Source: Lentisphaerota bacterium (lineage in GTDB: Bacteria; Verrucomicrobiota; Lentisphaeria; Victivallales; Victivallaceae). From it: DNA of 64,000 bases. Below the pieces are notes generated by a model. That model was not told the origin of the DNA, did not search any database, and saw nothing but the letters and a program-made list of their open reading frames with translations. Below, piece by piece: positions 1 to 8,986 of this stretch (positions are counted from its first letter, which is position 1; each line of letters starts with the position of its first letter). The position numbers and the translations under genes are program-made. The stretch spans positions 17,840 through 81,839 of the forward strand of contig SUVS01000003.1 in the NCBI GenBank assembly GCA_015061885.1. Direction: 5' to 3'.

Positions 1-586
1 CCATAGCTATACGCTTTGCCCCGGCTTTACGCAGTTCGGGTATGCAATGAGCCTTGATGCCGCCCATCACCGTAAAGGGGCAATCTATCACCGCAGATAT
101 TTCCGGGATCGCCGACACGCCCAAAGCCCCGCAGGCTACACTTTTGGTGTTGGTCGGATATATCGGCCCGATATTCAGATAACCGCATTTATCTTTGCAA
201 GCCTGCAATGCTTCGGGTATGTTGTGCGTGCTGGAGCCGATAAGCAGTTCCGGAGCCAACGCTCTGGCGGCGGCAAGTGGCAGATCGTCCTGCCCCAAAT
301 GCACACCGTCTGCCCCGCAGGCAAGTGCTATATCCAAGCGGTCGTCCACCAGAAAAAGCATTCCGTAACGGTCGGCGATCTTCCGGGCTTCCAACCCCAG
401 AGCATACAATGTTTTATCGGAGCAGTTCTTTTCCCGCAACTGGAATATTTTTGCACCTCCGGCACCGATCTGCTCAATAACATCAAGCACACTCCTGTTA
501 TTGCAGAATTCGCTTGACACCACCGGATAAATATCCACCTGACCGGTAAAAAACTCCAGCCGTTCCGCAAGATTTTTGAATTTCAT
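1..586 (-). CDS. thiE: thiamine-phosphate synthase (partial; C-terminus lies beyond the window edge)
   Basis: The minus-strand frame is open from ATG at 586 to position 1. It is absent from the ORF track because no stop falls in the window. My translation MKFKNLAERLEFFTGQVDIYPVV..IFQLREKN..LFLVDDRLDIALACGADGVHLGQDDLP..GPIYPTNTK..VMGGI matches ThiE motifs. Confidence 0.85.
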   Translation of the reverse strand, partial: MKFKNLAERLEFFTGQVDIYPVVSSEFCNNRSVLDVIEQIGAGGAKIFQLREKNCSDKTLYALGLEARKIADRYGMLFLVDDRLDIALACGADGVHLGQDDLPLAAARALAPELLIGSSTHNIPEALQACKDKCGYLNIGPIYPTNTKSVACGALGVSAIPEISAVIDCPFTVMGGIKAHCIPELRKAGAKRIAM

Positions 587-593
587 AATGTAA

Positions 594-1973
594 TCACCTC
601 TGTTGTTCCGTTAAAATCTCCAGTAAAGAAGGGGATTTTTCCGGTTGTTTATAATCAATTTTATCTTTCAATATGCGTTTTACTTCCATAAGGTTTCCGC
701 CGGCTCCGGCGGCGGCGTATGCGGTCAGAGCAAGCGTATAACTCTTTTTGGGAATAACCGTTCCGATATTCTGCACTTTACCGCGGCGTATATCGGCAGA
801 AAAACCGCTTTTGGCCAGATATTGTTTGCGTTTATGGGCAAACCGGGCGAAATCCCGCAATATCGCGGCAAATTCTCCGCCGGTAACTTTTACAGTTACA
901 ATGGCATCAAAATAAGGAAAGACCCGGTAAAAATCTGTCAGCTCCGGAGCTGGATCACTCAAAAATTCCTGCATTTTTGCCGGAGAACTTATCGCATAGA
1001 TTGCCAGATCGGTGTTGTATTTTTTCCGGATGATTTCTGCCGGATGATCGGGCGTTCTGCCATACCATGAATTCACCTTTCTGCCAGCAGAAGTGTATTC
1101 GGGTTCGTACTCCGGCAATTCGATGAGCGAACTTTTCATCTGTTTGATCCGCCGGAGTTTACGGTCATAAAAAATCCTGACTTTTGCCAATGCTTTTCCG
1201 TAAGCAGGCGGTTGAACATACCATGCGTTGCCGACCATCGAACCGGCATCGGCTTTGTGGGTATGAGCTCCGATGACCAGAGCTATTTCGGGTATATCTT
1301 TTATCAGATCGTAAGTATTTTCGCCGCCGCCGTATTTCCCGGCATGACGCAGCAGCACGATCACATCCGCACCCTGTGCAATGACTTTGTTGACCGTTTT
1401 CCTCAAAACGGCTTTTCCCGGCAAAGAGCGGAAGCGACTTTCCAACACCGGGAAAGAATTTTCCATACCCTTGAGCATCAGACCGATAAACGCGATTTTA
1501 ACACCGTTTTTCTCAACGATGACTGCATCAGTAAAATGCCCCGCCAGTTCCGGAGCATACATATTTGCCGCCAGCACTGTTCCGGGGAATTCAGCAAGCA
1601 GTTTCCGGAATGACTCAAAACCGTATTCCAGTTCATGATTGCCGGGTACAAAGATGGAACAACCGCTTTTGTAAAGCTCCGGCAATATGCCGCTGCCGCG
1701 ATTCAACAAAAGTTCCGGCGAACCCTGCACGCAATCGCCGACATCCAGATAAATGACACTGCCGGAAGTTCTTGCAAACTCTTTTTTCACCGCCGGGGCG
1801 ATCGCCGACCGTATCTGATTTGCCGCTCCATGCAAATCCGCCGAGGCAAGGAGCGTAAGCTCCACAGTATTGCCCCGTACCGCCGGACCGGAAACGGCAA
1901 ACAGCACGATCAGAAAAAGATGCACCCGGCAATGACAAATGCCCGATGACAGTGTTTTAACCCCTGAAAACAT
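594..1973 (-). CDS. bifunctional metallophosphatase / 5'-nucleotidase family protein (secreted)
   Basis: 459-aa ORF with a hydrophobic signal-like N-terminus. It has calcineurin-type motifs (SADLHG, DVGDCVQGS, GNHE, GAHTH) and a C-terminal 5'-nucleotidase-like half. Its stop lies 7 nt upstream of the thiE start. Confidence 0.8.
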   Translation of the reverse strand: MFSGVKTLSSGICHCRVHLFLIVLFAVSGPAVRGNTVELTLLASADLHGAANQIRSAIAPAVKKEFARTSGSVIYLDVGDCVQGSPELLLNRGSGILPELYKSGCSIFVPGNHELEYGFESFRKLLAEFPGTVLAANMYAPELAGHFTDAVIVEKNGVKIAFIGLMLKGMENSFPVLESRFRSLPGKAVLRKTVNKVIAQGADVIVLLRHAGKYGGGENTYDLIKDIPEIALVIGAHTHKADAGSMVGNAWYVQPPAYGKALAKVRIFYDRKLRRIKQMKSSLIELPEYEPEYTSAGRKVNSWYGRTPDHPAEIIRKKYNTDLAIYAISSPAKMQEFLSDPAPELTDFYRVFPYFDAIVTVKVTGGEFAAILRDFARFAHKRKQYLAKSGFSADIRRGKVQNIGTVIPKKSYTLALTAYAAAGAGGNLMEVKRILKDKIDYKQPEKSPSLLEILTEQQR

Positions 1974-2003
1974 AAAAAATCCTGAAAAAAATCCTTTTAA
2001 AAC

Positions 2004-2033
2004 TTGAATATTTTAAAATATAAGCCATATTAT
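2004..2033 (+). promoter_or_regulatory. candidate sigma70-like promoter (TTGAAT-N18-TATTAT)
   Basis: TTGAAT at 2004-2009 and TATTAT at 2028-2033 in an AT-rich divergent intergenic region, about 70 nt upstream of the small ORF at 2101. Confidence 0.3.
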
Positions 2034-2100
2034 AAAGACATACAACTTGTTAAAGTGATTTTTTTTCAAATTTTAACCATATAACGATTGAGGTGCAACA

Positions 2101-2253
2101 ATGTCACAGCATGCAAGTCTCCGCGTTGGCGGCAAGATCCGCAAAAAACGCAATGTGATGAAGCGTTTTGAACGGCTGAATGTTCTCCGTGCCGAAGGCC
2201 GGATCGCCGAAGACAAAGTCTATGGTCTGCCCAAGACCAAGCCGATCAACTGA
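2101..2253 (+). CDS. small basic protein (PVC-group 50-aa family)
   Basis: Too short for the ORF track. ATG at 2101 is preceded by GAGGTG. Translation MSQHASLRVGGKIRKKRNVMKRFERLNVLRAEGRIAEDKVYGLPKTKPIN is highly basic. It matches the remembered KRNVxKRFER...GLPKTKP pattern of the small basic protein family of Chlamydiae, Verrucomicrobia and Lentisphaerae. Confidence 0.7.
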   Translation: MSQHASLRVGGKIRKKRNVMKRFERLNVLRAEGRIAEDKVYGLPKTKPIN

Positions 2254-2277
2254 TCCCGGCAATGCTTCACAAGCAAC

Positions 2278-2321
2278 GGCGGAGGAGCGGTTAATGCCGC
2301 ATCTTCGCCGTTTTTGTTTTT
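2278..2321 (+). terminator. rho-independent terminator after the small basic protein gene
   Basis: Stem GGCGGAG...CTTCGCC (one G-U pair) encloses an inner GCGG/CCGC stem and is followed by GTTTTTGTTTTT. It ends only 13 nt before the next start codon. Confidence 0.6.
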
Positions 2322-2333
2322 CATGAGGTTAAT

Positions 2334-3209
2334 ATGATTGCATCTTCTCCCTGTTGGGATCTGGAAAAACTTTCCGGACTCTTTACTCAAGCCGGAAACA
2401 TTGCGTTAAAATACTTTGAAGCTCCCCCGACGGAACTTAAAAGCGATCAGACTGTGGTTACCCTTGCGGATAAAGAAATAGAAAATCTTTTTGCCGGCGA
2501 ACTGGATCGCCCCGCCGGCAACTCGTACATGATCGGCGAAGAAACCATCGGAAAATATCCGCAAAGTTATATCAATGACGCCCTGAAAAGTTCCTGCTGC
2601 TGGGTGCTTGATCCGGTTGACGGAACTGCACCGTATTCTTCGCACATGGATTTCTGGGGTATATCGCTGGGCTTGATGGACCATGGCAGACTTATCGAAG
2701 GAGCGGTCTATCTGCCGCGTTTTGACCGGTTTATCGCCACTTGCGGCGATAAACTTTTGTGCCGTTCGCTGAAAACGCCATCCGATTGGCAGATATTTGA
2801 ACTTGAAAAACATTCGCTCGGTCTGGCAGGACATATTTCGCTTGGTCAATTCACCACCCGCAACTGGGGTTACAGCGGCAAAAATACGCTCTTTTCCATT
2901 TGCAGCTGTGTAGGATCGCTTTATTTGCTGCTCACCGGCAAAGTGATTGCTTACTGCGGGGATTTCAAACTCTGGGATATAGCCGGTATGCTGCCCATTC
3001 TTGATCGGGCGGGTTTTGTGATTTTAAGTACCGGTAAAAACAATCCGCCGCTTTCGGGCGATCTGGCAGAAAATATGTTTGAATTGCAAAAGCCGGAACG
3101 CATGTGGCGGGTCAAATCACCGGTGATTGCCGCACCGGATAAATCAACAGCGTTGACATTATTAAAGAACTTTTACCTTGCAAAACCAACCACGGAGCCG
3201 GAAAAATGA
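2334..3209 (+). CDS. inositol monophosphatase family protein
   Basis: 291 aa with IMPase motifs (IGEETIG, WVLDPVDGT, WD..AG). Its stop overlaps the rimO start in an ATGA. Confidence 0.85.
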   Translation: MIASSPCWDLEKLSGLFTQAGNIALKYFEAPPTELKSDQTVVTLADKEIENLFAGELDRPAGNSYMIGEETIGKYPQSYINDALKSSCCWVLDPVDGTAPYSSHMDFWGISLGLMDHGRLIEGAVYLPRFDRFIATCGDKLLCRSLKTPSDWQIFELEKHSLGLAGHISLGQFTTRNWGYSGKNTLFSICSCVGSLYLLLTGKVIAYCGDFKLWDIAGMLPILDRAGFVILSTGKNNPPLSGDLAENMFELQKPERMWRVKSPVIAAPDKSTALTLLKNFYLAKPTTEPEK

Positions 3210-4561
3210 ACTGCCGCAGAAAAAACCGCCTCACTGCCGAAGGGGTATATTTAGTAAGTTTGGGCTGTCCGAAAAATCTGGTGGACAGCGAAGTAATGGC
3301 AGGTGTACTGCTGACCAACGGCATATTGCTTAACTTTGACAAAAACACTGCGGAGTATTACCTTATAAATACTTGTGCCTTCCTGCCGGGAGCAAGAAGT
3401 GAGTGCGAAAGTGCCATCGCCGAAGGCATCCGCTGGAAGAAACGCCATCCGGAAGTACGCAAACTCATCGTAGCCGGATGCCTTATCCAGCAGGATAAAG
3501 AAAAACTCATCCGCAGTAAATACCCCGAAGTCGATGCCTGGAGCGGAGTGGACGGTGTGGCAGATATTTTCAAAACTTTTCAGGCGGCAAAAGCGGGTTA
3601 CACCGCCGGTGATGCACCAAGACCGACTTATCTTTACGACGAAAACACGCCCCGTCTGCAGTTGACCCTGCCGCATGTGGCGTATCTGAAGATCGCCGAC
3701 GGCTGCGACAACTGCTGTGCCTATTGCAGCATACCTCTGATCCGCGGCGGCTTGCGGAGCCGTTCCATAGAGTCAGTGCTTGCCGAAGCCAAAAATCTGA
3801 TTGCCAACAATGTAAAAGAATTGATCGTCATAGCACAGGATGTTACCGCTTACGGTGCCGACCGCAATGACGGCACTACACTGGCCAAACTGCTGCACGA
3901 AATGGATAAACTTGAAGGCGAATTTTTTATCCGTTTACTGTACACGCATCCGGCACATTACACGGATGAATTTTTTGCCGAATACGCCGTCAACAAACAC
4001 ATTATGCCCTATCTGGATATACCTTTACAGCATATCAACAGCAATATACTTCTGAAAATGGGCAGAAAAACCGACCGCACTGCCATCGAAACGGTTTTGG
4101 AAAAGATCCGCCAGGCCCGGCCGGAAACTGCCATCCGCACCACATTCATAACCGGGTTGCCCGGTGAAGGCGAAACCGAGTTTGCTGAACTTATGGAATT
4201 TGTAAAAGTTAAACGATTCGCCAGACTTGGGGTGTTCAGTTATTCGCCCGAACCCGGAACTCCGGCGGCGGAACGCACCGACCGCGTTGACAGTGCCATT
4301 GCCGGAGAGCGTGCCGCAAAGATCATGGAATTGCAGGAAAATATTGCACTGTCGTACAACCAAGCTCTGGTGGGCAAAACCGTAAATGTCATCTGCGACG
4401 AAGCCGACGGCAGAAACGGTGTGGGCAGAACTTTTGCCGATGCTCCGGAAATCGACAACATCGTCTATTTCACCGGCAATAAACGCCTGAAAACCGGTGA
4501 AATCTATCAAGTTTTGATAACTGAAGCTGAAACATTTGATTTATACGGCAAGCTGTGCTAA
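3206..4561 (+). CDS. rimO: ribosomal protein S12 methylthiotransferase RimO
   Basis: 451 aa with an N-terminal MTTase domain (VSLGCPKNLVDSE), the radical-SAM motif CDNCCAYCSIP, and a C-terminal TRAM-like end. Confidence 0.9.
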   Translation: MNCRRKNRLTAEGVYLVSLGCPKNLVDSEVMAGVLLTNGILLNFDKNTAEYYLINTCAFLPGARSECESAIAEGIRWKKRHPEVRKLIVAGCLIQQDKEKLIRSKYPEVDAWSGVDGVADIFKTFQAAKAGYTAGDAPRPTYLYDENTPRLQLTLPHVAYLKIADGCDNCCAYCSIPLIRGGLRSRSIESVLAEAKNLIANNVKELIVIAQDVTAYGADRNDGTTLAKLLHEMDKLEGEFFIRLLYTHPAHYTDEFFAEYAVNKHIMPYLDIPLQHINSNILLKMGRKTDRTAIETVLEKIRQARPETAIRTTFITGLPGEGETEFAELMEFVKVKRFARLGVFSYSPEPGTPAAERTDRVDSAIAGERAAKIMELQENIALSYNQALVGKTVNVICDEADGRNGVGRTFADAPEIDNIVYFTGNKRLKTGEIYQVLITEAETFDLYGKLC

Positions 4562-4603
4562 ATTAATGCACCGCAATAGATAATTTAAGTAAAGGAACAG
4601 AAA

Positions 4604-5218
4604 ATGCCTGTAAATTTACCCAACATTCTGACCGTGGGCAGAATAATCCTGATCTTTGTAGCATTGGTTCTGGCGACCAACTCCGGTATTCCCGGCGGAG
4701 TGAAAGTCAAATCCGATGATATAGAAATGATTTTACGCTATATAGCCTTTTCGTTGGCTCTGGTTGCCGCGGCAACCGACCTTGCCGATGGTTATCTGGC
4801 AAGAAAATGGAATCAGGTAACTGATTTCGGAGCCTTGATGGACCCGCTGGCCGACAAGATATTTGTTACGACCATCATGCTTATTTTAGTAGAGTTCCAA
4901 CTGCTGGCGGCGTGGGTGGCGGCGGTGGTCATCTGCCGCGAATTCATGGTAACTGGCTTGCGGCTGCTGGCAACCAAAACCGGCAAAGTCATCAGTGCCG
5001 ACAAATTCGGCAAGCTCAAAACATTCCTGCAAATGGTCATGCTTTTTATCGGTGGTTTGGTCTGGATACATGTGCTTGATCTGGATACTGTGATTTGCGG
5101 AACCGTAAAACTTCGTCATATCTGGAGCGTGTTTCTGTGGGGTATTGTGTTGGTTACTGTCGGTTCAGGACTCAACTACTTTATCAAAAACCGCGACCTG
5201 ATAGCCCCTAAAAACTGA
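4604..5218 (+). CDS. pgsA: CDP-diacylglycerol--glycerol-3-phosphate 3-phosphatidyltransferase
   Basis: 204-aa polytopic membrane protein with the CDP-alcohol phosphatidyltransferase motif DLADGYLARKWNQVTDFGALMDPLADK. Confidence 0.9.
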   Translation: MPVNLPNILTVGRIILIFVALVLATNSGIPGGVKVKSDDIEMILRYIAFSLALVAAATDLADGYLARKWNQVTDFGALMDPLADKIFVTTIMLILVEFQLLAAWVAAVVICREFMVTGLRLLATKTGKVISADKFGKLKTFLQMVMLFIGGLVWIHVLDLDTVICGTVKLRHIWSVFLWGIVLVTVGSGLNYFIKNRDLIAPKN

Positions 5219-5220
5219 AG

Positions 5221-5916
5221 ATGTGCAAGATTTGCCCGACGGTCGATTTTCACACGCACCTTGACCGGCAGCAGCCGCTGCAAGTACCATCTGATACGGT
5301 AAGAATAATTTCTGTACCGCAAGCTGAAGCGGCGTTGCCGCTGCCGGAAAACTGTTTTGCCACGCTGGAACTGCACCCGTGGCACGGTCAGGATTGGAGC
5401 GGAAGTTTTGCCGAACTGGCTCAAGAGAGCCGTTTTATCGGCATCGGCGAGGTCGGGCTTGACCGCATAAAGGGCAAACTTGCGTTGCCGGAGCAGATGC
5501 TTATATTCAGCCGCACAGCAAATCTGGCACAAAGTTTGAACAAGCCATTAGTCATACATTGCGTAAAGTGTTTTTCGGAACTTTTGCACCTTTACAAAAA
5601 TCTCAAATGGCAGGTGCCGACGATCATCCATTATTTTTGCGGCAGACTGGAGCTGGCACAACAGCTCTGGCAGGATACGCATTTTATATTATCTCTGCCG
5701 CCGAAAATATATGTGCAGACCAAATTGCTGGATTTTCTGCGGGATAACCCGCAATATCATCATCGGATCGTGCTGGAAACCGATGACCCGTCTTCCGGCA
5801 ATATCCAACAGCATTATCAGAACATGGCAAATGCACTCAATGTAAGTTTGCCGCAACTGACAGAACTTATGAATGAACAGTTTGAAAGGGTGTATCATGC
5901 CGGAAACATTCGATGA
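5221..5916 (+). CDS. TatD family metal-dependent hydrolase
   Basis: 231 aa with DFHTHL, IGEVGLD, PLVIHC and ETDDP motifs typical of TatD-like hydrolases. Confidence 0.75.
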   Translation: MCKICPTVDFHTHLDRQQPLQVPSDTVRIISVPQAEAALPLPENCFATLELHPWHGQDWSGSFAELAQESRFIGIGEVGLDRIKGKLALPEQMLIFSRTANLAQSLNKPLVIHCVKCFSELLHLYKNLKWQVPTIIHYFCGRLELAQQLWQDTHFILSLPPKIYVQTKLLDFLRDNPQYHHRIVLETDDPSSGNIQQHYQNMANALNVSLPQLTELMNEQFERVYHAGNIR

Positions 5917-6634
5917 TTTTCTTCAACGCAGTGAAATACTTTTCGGTGAAACTGCTTTGGAAAAACTGAAAAATGCCCGTATTCTGCTGGCGGGTGCCGG
6001 CGGCGTGGGCGGTTATGCCGCCGAAGCTCTTGCCCGTGGCGGAACCGGTCATCTGACCGTATATGATCCGGATTGCGTCCACCCGACCAACCTCAACCGC
6101 CAAATCCTTGCCTTGCACTCCAACAACGGCAGACAAAAAACTGCAGTCCTTGCTGAACGCATATACGACATCAACCCCGGTATTGATCTGCAAGTCCACC
6201 CGGAACGTTTGAGCCGGGAAAATATCGGAGCCGTGCTTGAACAGGGTAATTTTGACTATATAGCAGATGCTATTGACAGCTTGGATGACAAGTGTTTTCT
6301 GTTGGTTTCCGCCCTGAAAAAGCAAATCCCGGTGATTTCAGCCATGGGGGCCGGATGCCGCTTTGACCCGACCCGGATACAGTACAGCGACATAAGCAGA
6401 ACTTACGGCTGCAAACTGGCAAAAAGTATCCGCAGCAAGCTCAAAAAAGAGTATAATATCACCAAAGGCATCATGTGTGTGTTTTCGCCGGAAGTGAATC
6501 CCGGTACCATTCAGCCGGCTGAAGACGGCGAAAGACCGCTCATCGGCTCAAATTCATTTATTCCCGGCATATTCGGCTTATTCATGGCGGCAAAAGTGAT
6601 AAATGATATTGCCTCAAGAAATGTTAATTTTTAA
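5897..6634 (+). CDS. tcdA: tRNA threonylcarbamoyladenosine dehydratase (ThiF/E1-like)
   Basis: Contains ILLAGAGGVGGYAAEALARGGTGHLTVYDPDCVHPTNLNRQ and a TcdA/CsdL-like C-terminus. The ORF track start is 5873; ATG 5897 (MPETFDD) reduces the overlap with the upstream gene. Confidence 0.8.
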   Translation: MPETFDDFLQRSEILFGETALEKLKNARILLAGAGGVGGYAAEALARGGTGHLTVYDPDCVHPTNLNRQILALHSNNGRQKTAVLAERIYDINPGIDLQVHPERLSRENIGAVLEQGNFDYIADAIDSLDDKCFLLVSALKKQIPVISAMGAGCRFDPTRIQYSDISRTYGCKLAKSIRSKLKKEYNITKGIMCVFSPEVNPGTIQPAEDGERPLIGSNSFIPGIFGLFMAAKVINDIASRNVNF

Positions 6635-6738
6635 CAAATATTTGTCAAAAAATCTCCGGTTTATTTTATTGACGCATTGCAAAAAAACAAATATCACGAT
6701 ACAGTAACTCCGGCAAATTCCCAAAGAAAGGTTTTTTT

Positions 6739-8034
6739 ATGAGTAATGTGCGTGATTTCGGCGCCGTCGGTGACGGCAGAACTCTTGATACCCGGGCAAT
6801 ACAAGCGGCGTTGGATGCCGGCGGCATCGTGCATTTTCCTGCCGGAACTTACCTCTCCGGCACTGTTTATTTACGCAGTAACGGCGGACTTGATCTCGCC
6901 CCCGGAGCGGTCATTCTGGCAACGCCGGATAAAACGCAATACAATGCCGATGATTTTATACCCGAAAACCGTGTCTTTGCCACGGAAGCTGTTTCCGGAG
7001 CCCATCTGATCGTTGCCGATAAAGTCGAAAATATCGTCATTCGCGGCGGCGGCAGGATCGACGGCAACTGTGCTTCGGTAATGACTGAACCCAACCCGGA
7101 ATATCCGTGGGTTTTTCTGCGGCCGGAATGGCGGATGGGGCAGATGCTATTTTTTGTCAACTGCAAAAATGTCAATATACAGGATGTGGAGCTGCTCAAC
7201 AGTCAGTATTGGACATGTTTTCTGCACGGCTGTGAATGGGTGAAAATCCGTGGTGTACGCATAGAAAATGACTCCCGCACCCCCAACGGCGACGGCATAG
7301 ATATAGATTGCTGTTGTTATGTAACCGTAAGCGACTGCATAATCAGTTCTGCCGATGACAGCATCACTCTGCGGGGCAACGAAGCGGCACTCGGCGGCAG
7401 CCGTCCATGCGAATATGTAACGATCAGCAACTGCATACTTTCCACCCGCTGCAACGCTTTCCGCATCGGAGTGGGTAATGGATTGGTCAGAAGATGCACG
7501 ATCAGTAATATTATTGTACGCGATACCCGCACGGCGATCTGTCTGGTTTCGCAATACAGCAAAACCAGCGAAGGCGTGCAGATCGAAGATATACAGTTCA
7601 GCAATCTGCGATTGGATTGTGCCAGACCGTTTTATATAGCCACCACCCCGCGTGGAGTTCAGGAAGAAACCGCCAAAAATATTGAACGCATAAGTTTCAA
7701 CCATGTACGGGGCACGGCAAGACGCGGCTCGGTCATATCCGGCAGCCGCCGCGGCTATGTAAAAGATATAAGTTTCAACGATGTAAGGTTCGATTATCAG
7801 GCGAGCGAAAATATCCTGCCGGAACCTCCTCCCGAAACATGGTACAGCGAATTCGGCAAGGGCGGCAATCCGCCGGCGGCATTCTTTTTGTGCAACGCCG
7901 AAGATGTGCAGTTCAAAGATGCCAAAGTAAGATTTACGGTTCAAGACCCGGCGTGGAAGAGTACCATCATGGCAGTAAACAGTTTGTACAACTGCAATGA
8001 ACCGCTGACCGATAAGCCGGATATTTGCATTTGA
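6739..8034 (+). CDS. glycoside hydrolase family 28 (polygalacturonase-like, parallel beta-helix)
   Basis: 431 aa. N-terminal VRDFGAVGDGRTLDTRAIQAALDAGG..VHFPAGTYLSG, catalytic-region motifs NGDGIDID, SADDSITL and NAFRIG. Confidence 0.85.
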   Translation: MSNVRDFGAVGDGRTLDTRAIQAALDAGGIVHFPAGTYLSGTVYLRSNGGLDLAPGAVILATPDKTQYNADDFIPENRVFATEAVSGAHLIVADKVENIVIRGGGRIDGNCASVMTEPNPEYPWVFLRPEWRMGQMLFFVNCKNVNIQDVELLNSQYWTCFLHGCEWVKIRGVRIENDSRTPNGDGIDIDCCCYVTVSDCIISSADDSITLRGNEAALGGSRPCEYVTISNCILSTRCNAFRIGVGNGLVRRCTISNIIVRDTRTAICLVSQYSKTSEGVQIEDIQFSNLRLDCARPFYIATTPRGVQEETAKNIERISFNHVRGTARRGSVISGSRRGYVKDISFNDVRFDYQASENILPEPPPETWYSEFGKGGNPPAAFFLCNAEDVQFKDAKVRFTVQDPAWKSTIMAVNSLYNCNEPLTDKPDICI

Positions 8035-8062
8035 CACCACCCCGCTGACGGGGCAAAAACAA

Positions 8063-8467
8063 TCATCTGCACTGCAAGCGGTCAGATTTCTCTTTTCTGA
8101 CCGCTTTGCGGTATCCGGCAATATCTGTTACGGGTAATATCAACATGGTCAAAATACATAATATTCCCATTATCAGCGACTTGCCGAAAGCACAAGATAC
8201 TGTTCCGCACAAAATCAGCGGCACACCCCACACCGCCCGTGGGAATCGCCAACGCAAAAGTAAAGTGCAACGCATCAGTAAGCCAATAACAAAAGCCGGA
8301 TAGGTTATAAGCAATATTCCCAGAGCCTCCATCCCGCAGGTTTCATACCCCAGTGGCGACCAGCGGAACTTTGACCAGTAATACCCCCAGGCAACCAGTA
8401 AACCATATTCCATCAGAGCCAACGAAAGCAAAACCGTAAGTAAATACTCCCATTTGATTCTTTTCAT
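8063..8467 (-). CDS. hypothetical small integral membrane protein
   Basis: Start taken at the internal ATG (MKRIKWEYLLTVLL...), giving 134 aa with about 4 hydrophobic helices. No recognisable family. Confidence 0.45.
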   Translation of the reverse strand: MKRIKWEYLLTVLLSLALMEYGLLVAWGYYWSKFRWSPLGYETCGMEALGILLITYPAFVIGLLMRCTLLLRWRFPRAVWGVPLILCGTVSCAFGKSLIMGILCILTMLILPVTDIAGYRKAVRKEKSDRLQCR

Positions 8468-8577
8468 CGTAAAAATAAGTTTCCTGTTATACGATTTACC
8501 TTTGTTTTCAAAATAAAGATAGTGCAAAAATGCCTTATTGCAAACAGTATTCGTAAAAATCCCGGCTTTTTGAGATG

Positions 8578-8626
8578 ACAAAAAATGGGGTTGTTGCAAA
8601 AATTGAATATCTTGCAACAACCCCAT
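8578..8626 (-). terminator. rho-independent terminator of the portal-like / small ORF pair
   Basis: Perfect 15-bp inverted repeat ATGGGGTTGTTGCAA (8585-8599) / TTGCAACAACCCCAT (8612-8626). On the minus strand it is followed by TTTTTTGTC. It lies 28 nt downstream of the stop at 8654. Confidence 0.8.
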
Positions 8627-8653
8627 AATACTTTGAGTTTGAATTTACTCCGT

Positions 8654-8986
8654 TTATTTTACAGTACAGCGGCGGGCGATTATTTCTCCTGAAATCGACC
8701 GGCAGAGTTTCACTTCGGCAAGTTCAAAACTCTCGCCGTCGATAACTATTTTATCGCCGGGAAACAGCTCCGGGGTATTTCCTTCGACCAGCACTTCAAG
8801 TGTGATTTCCGGCGTGCCGGAGCGGTTGGTATATGAGCGTTTCAATTCGATCGCCGCACCTTTTCCGGCACAGCGGTAACGCAGTATGCCGTCGGACAAA
8901 TGCGGATTTGCCGGTAAAAATTCCACGCTCTTTGCCGCCGGAGATTTGAAAATATCCAGCCAGTTGAAAACACTGTCGTTACTCAT
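8654..8986 (-). CDS. hypothetical 110-aa protein, translationally coupled to the portal-like gene
   Basis: Its ATG overlaps the upstream stop in an ATGA (8986-8983). It looks soluble and beta-rich, and I recognise no family. Confidence 0.6.
   Translation of the reverse strand: MSNDSVFNWLDIFKSPAAKSVEFLPANPHLSDGILRYRCAGKGAAIELKRSYTNRSGTPEITLEVLVEGNTPELFPGDKIVIDGESFELAEVKLCRSISGEIIARRCTVK

Noticed and set aside
47-570. ORF-track entries 47-517 (+), 277-480 (+) and 328-570 (-)
   Set aside because: All overlap the much better supported minus-strand thiE frame, which is open to the window edge. Their translations have no family resemblance and odd composition (rich in R, H and C).
587-593. TPP riboswitch upstream of thiE
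   Set aside because: Only 7 nt separate thiE from the preceding gene, so there is no room for a riboswitch. No CUGAGA / ACCUGA TPP-box was seen upstream of the 5'-nucleotidase gene either.
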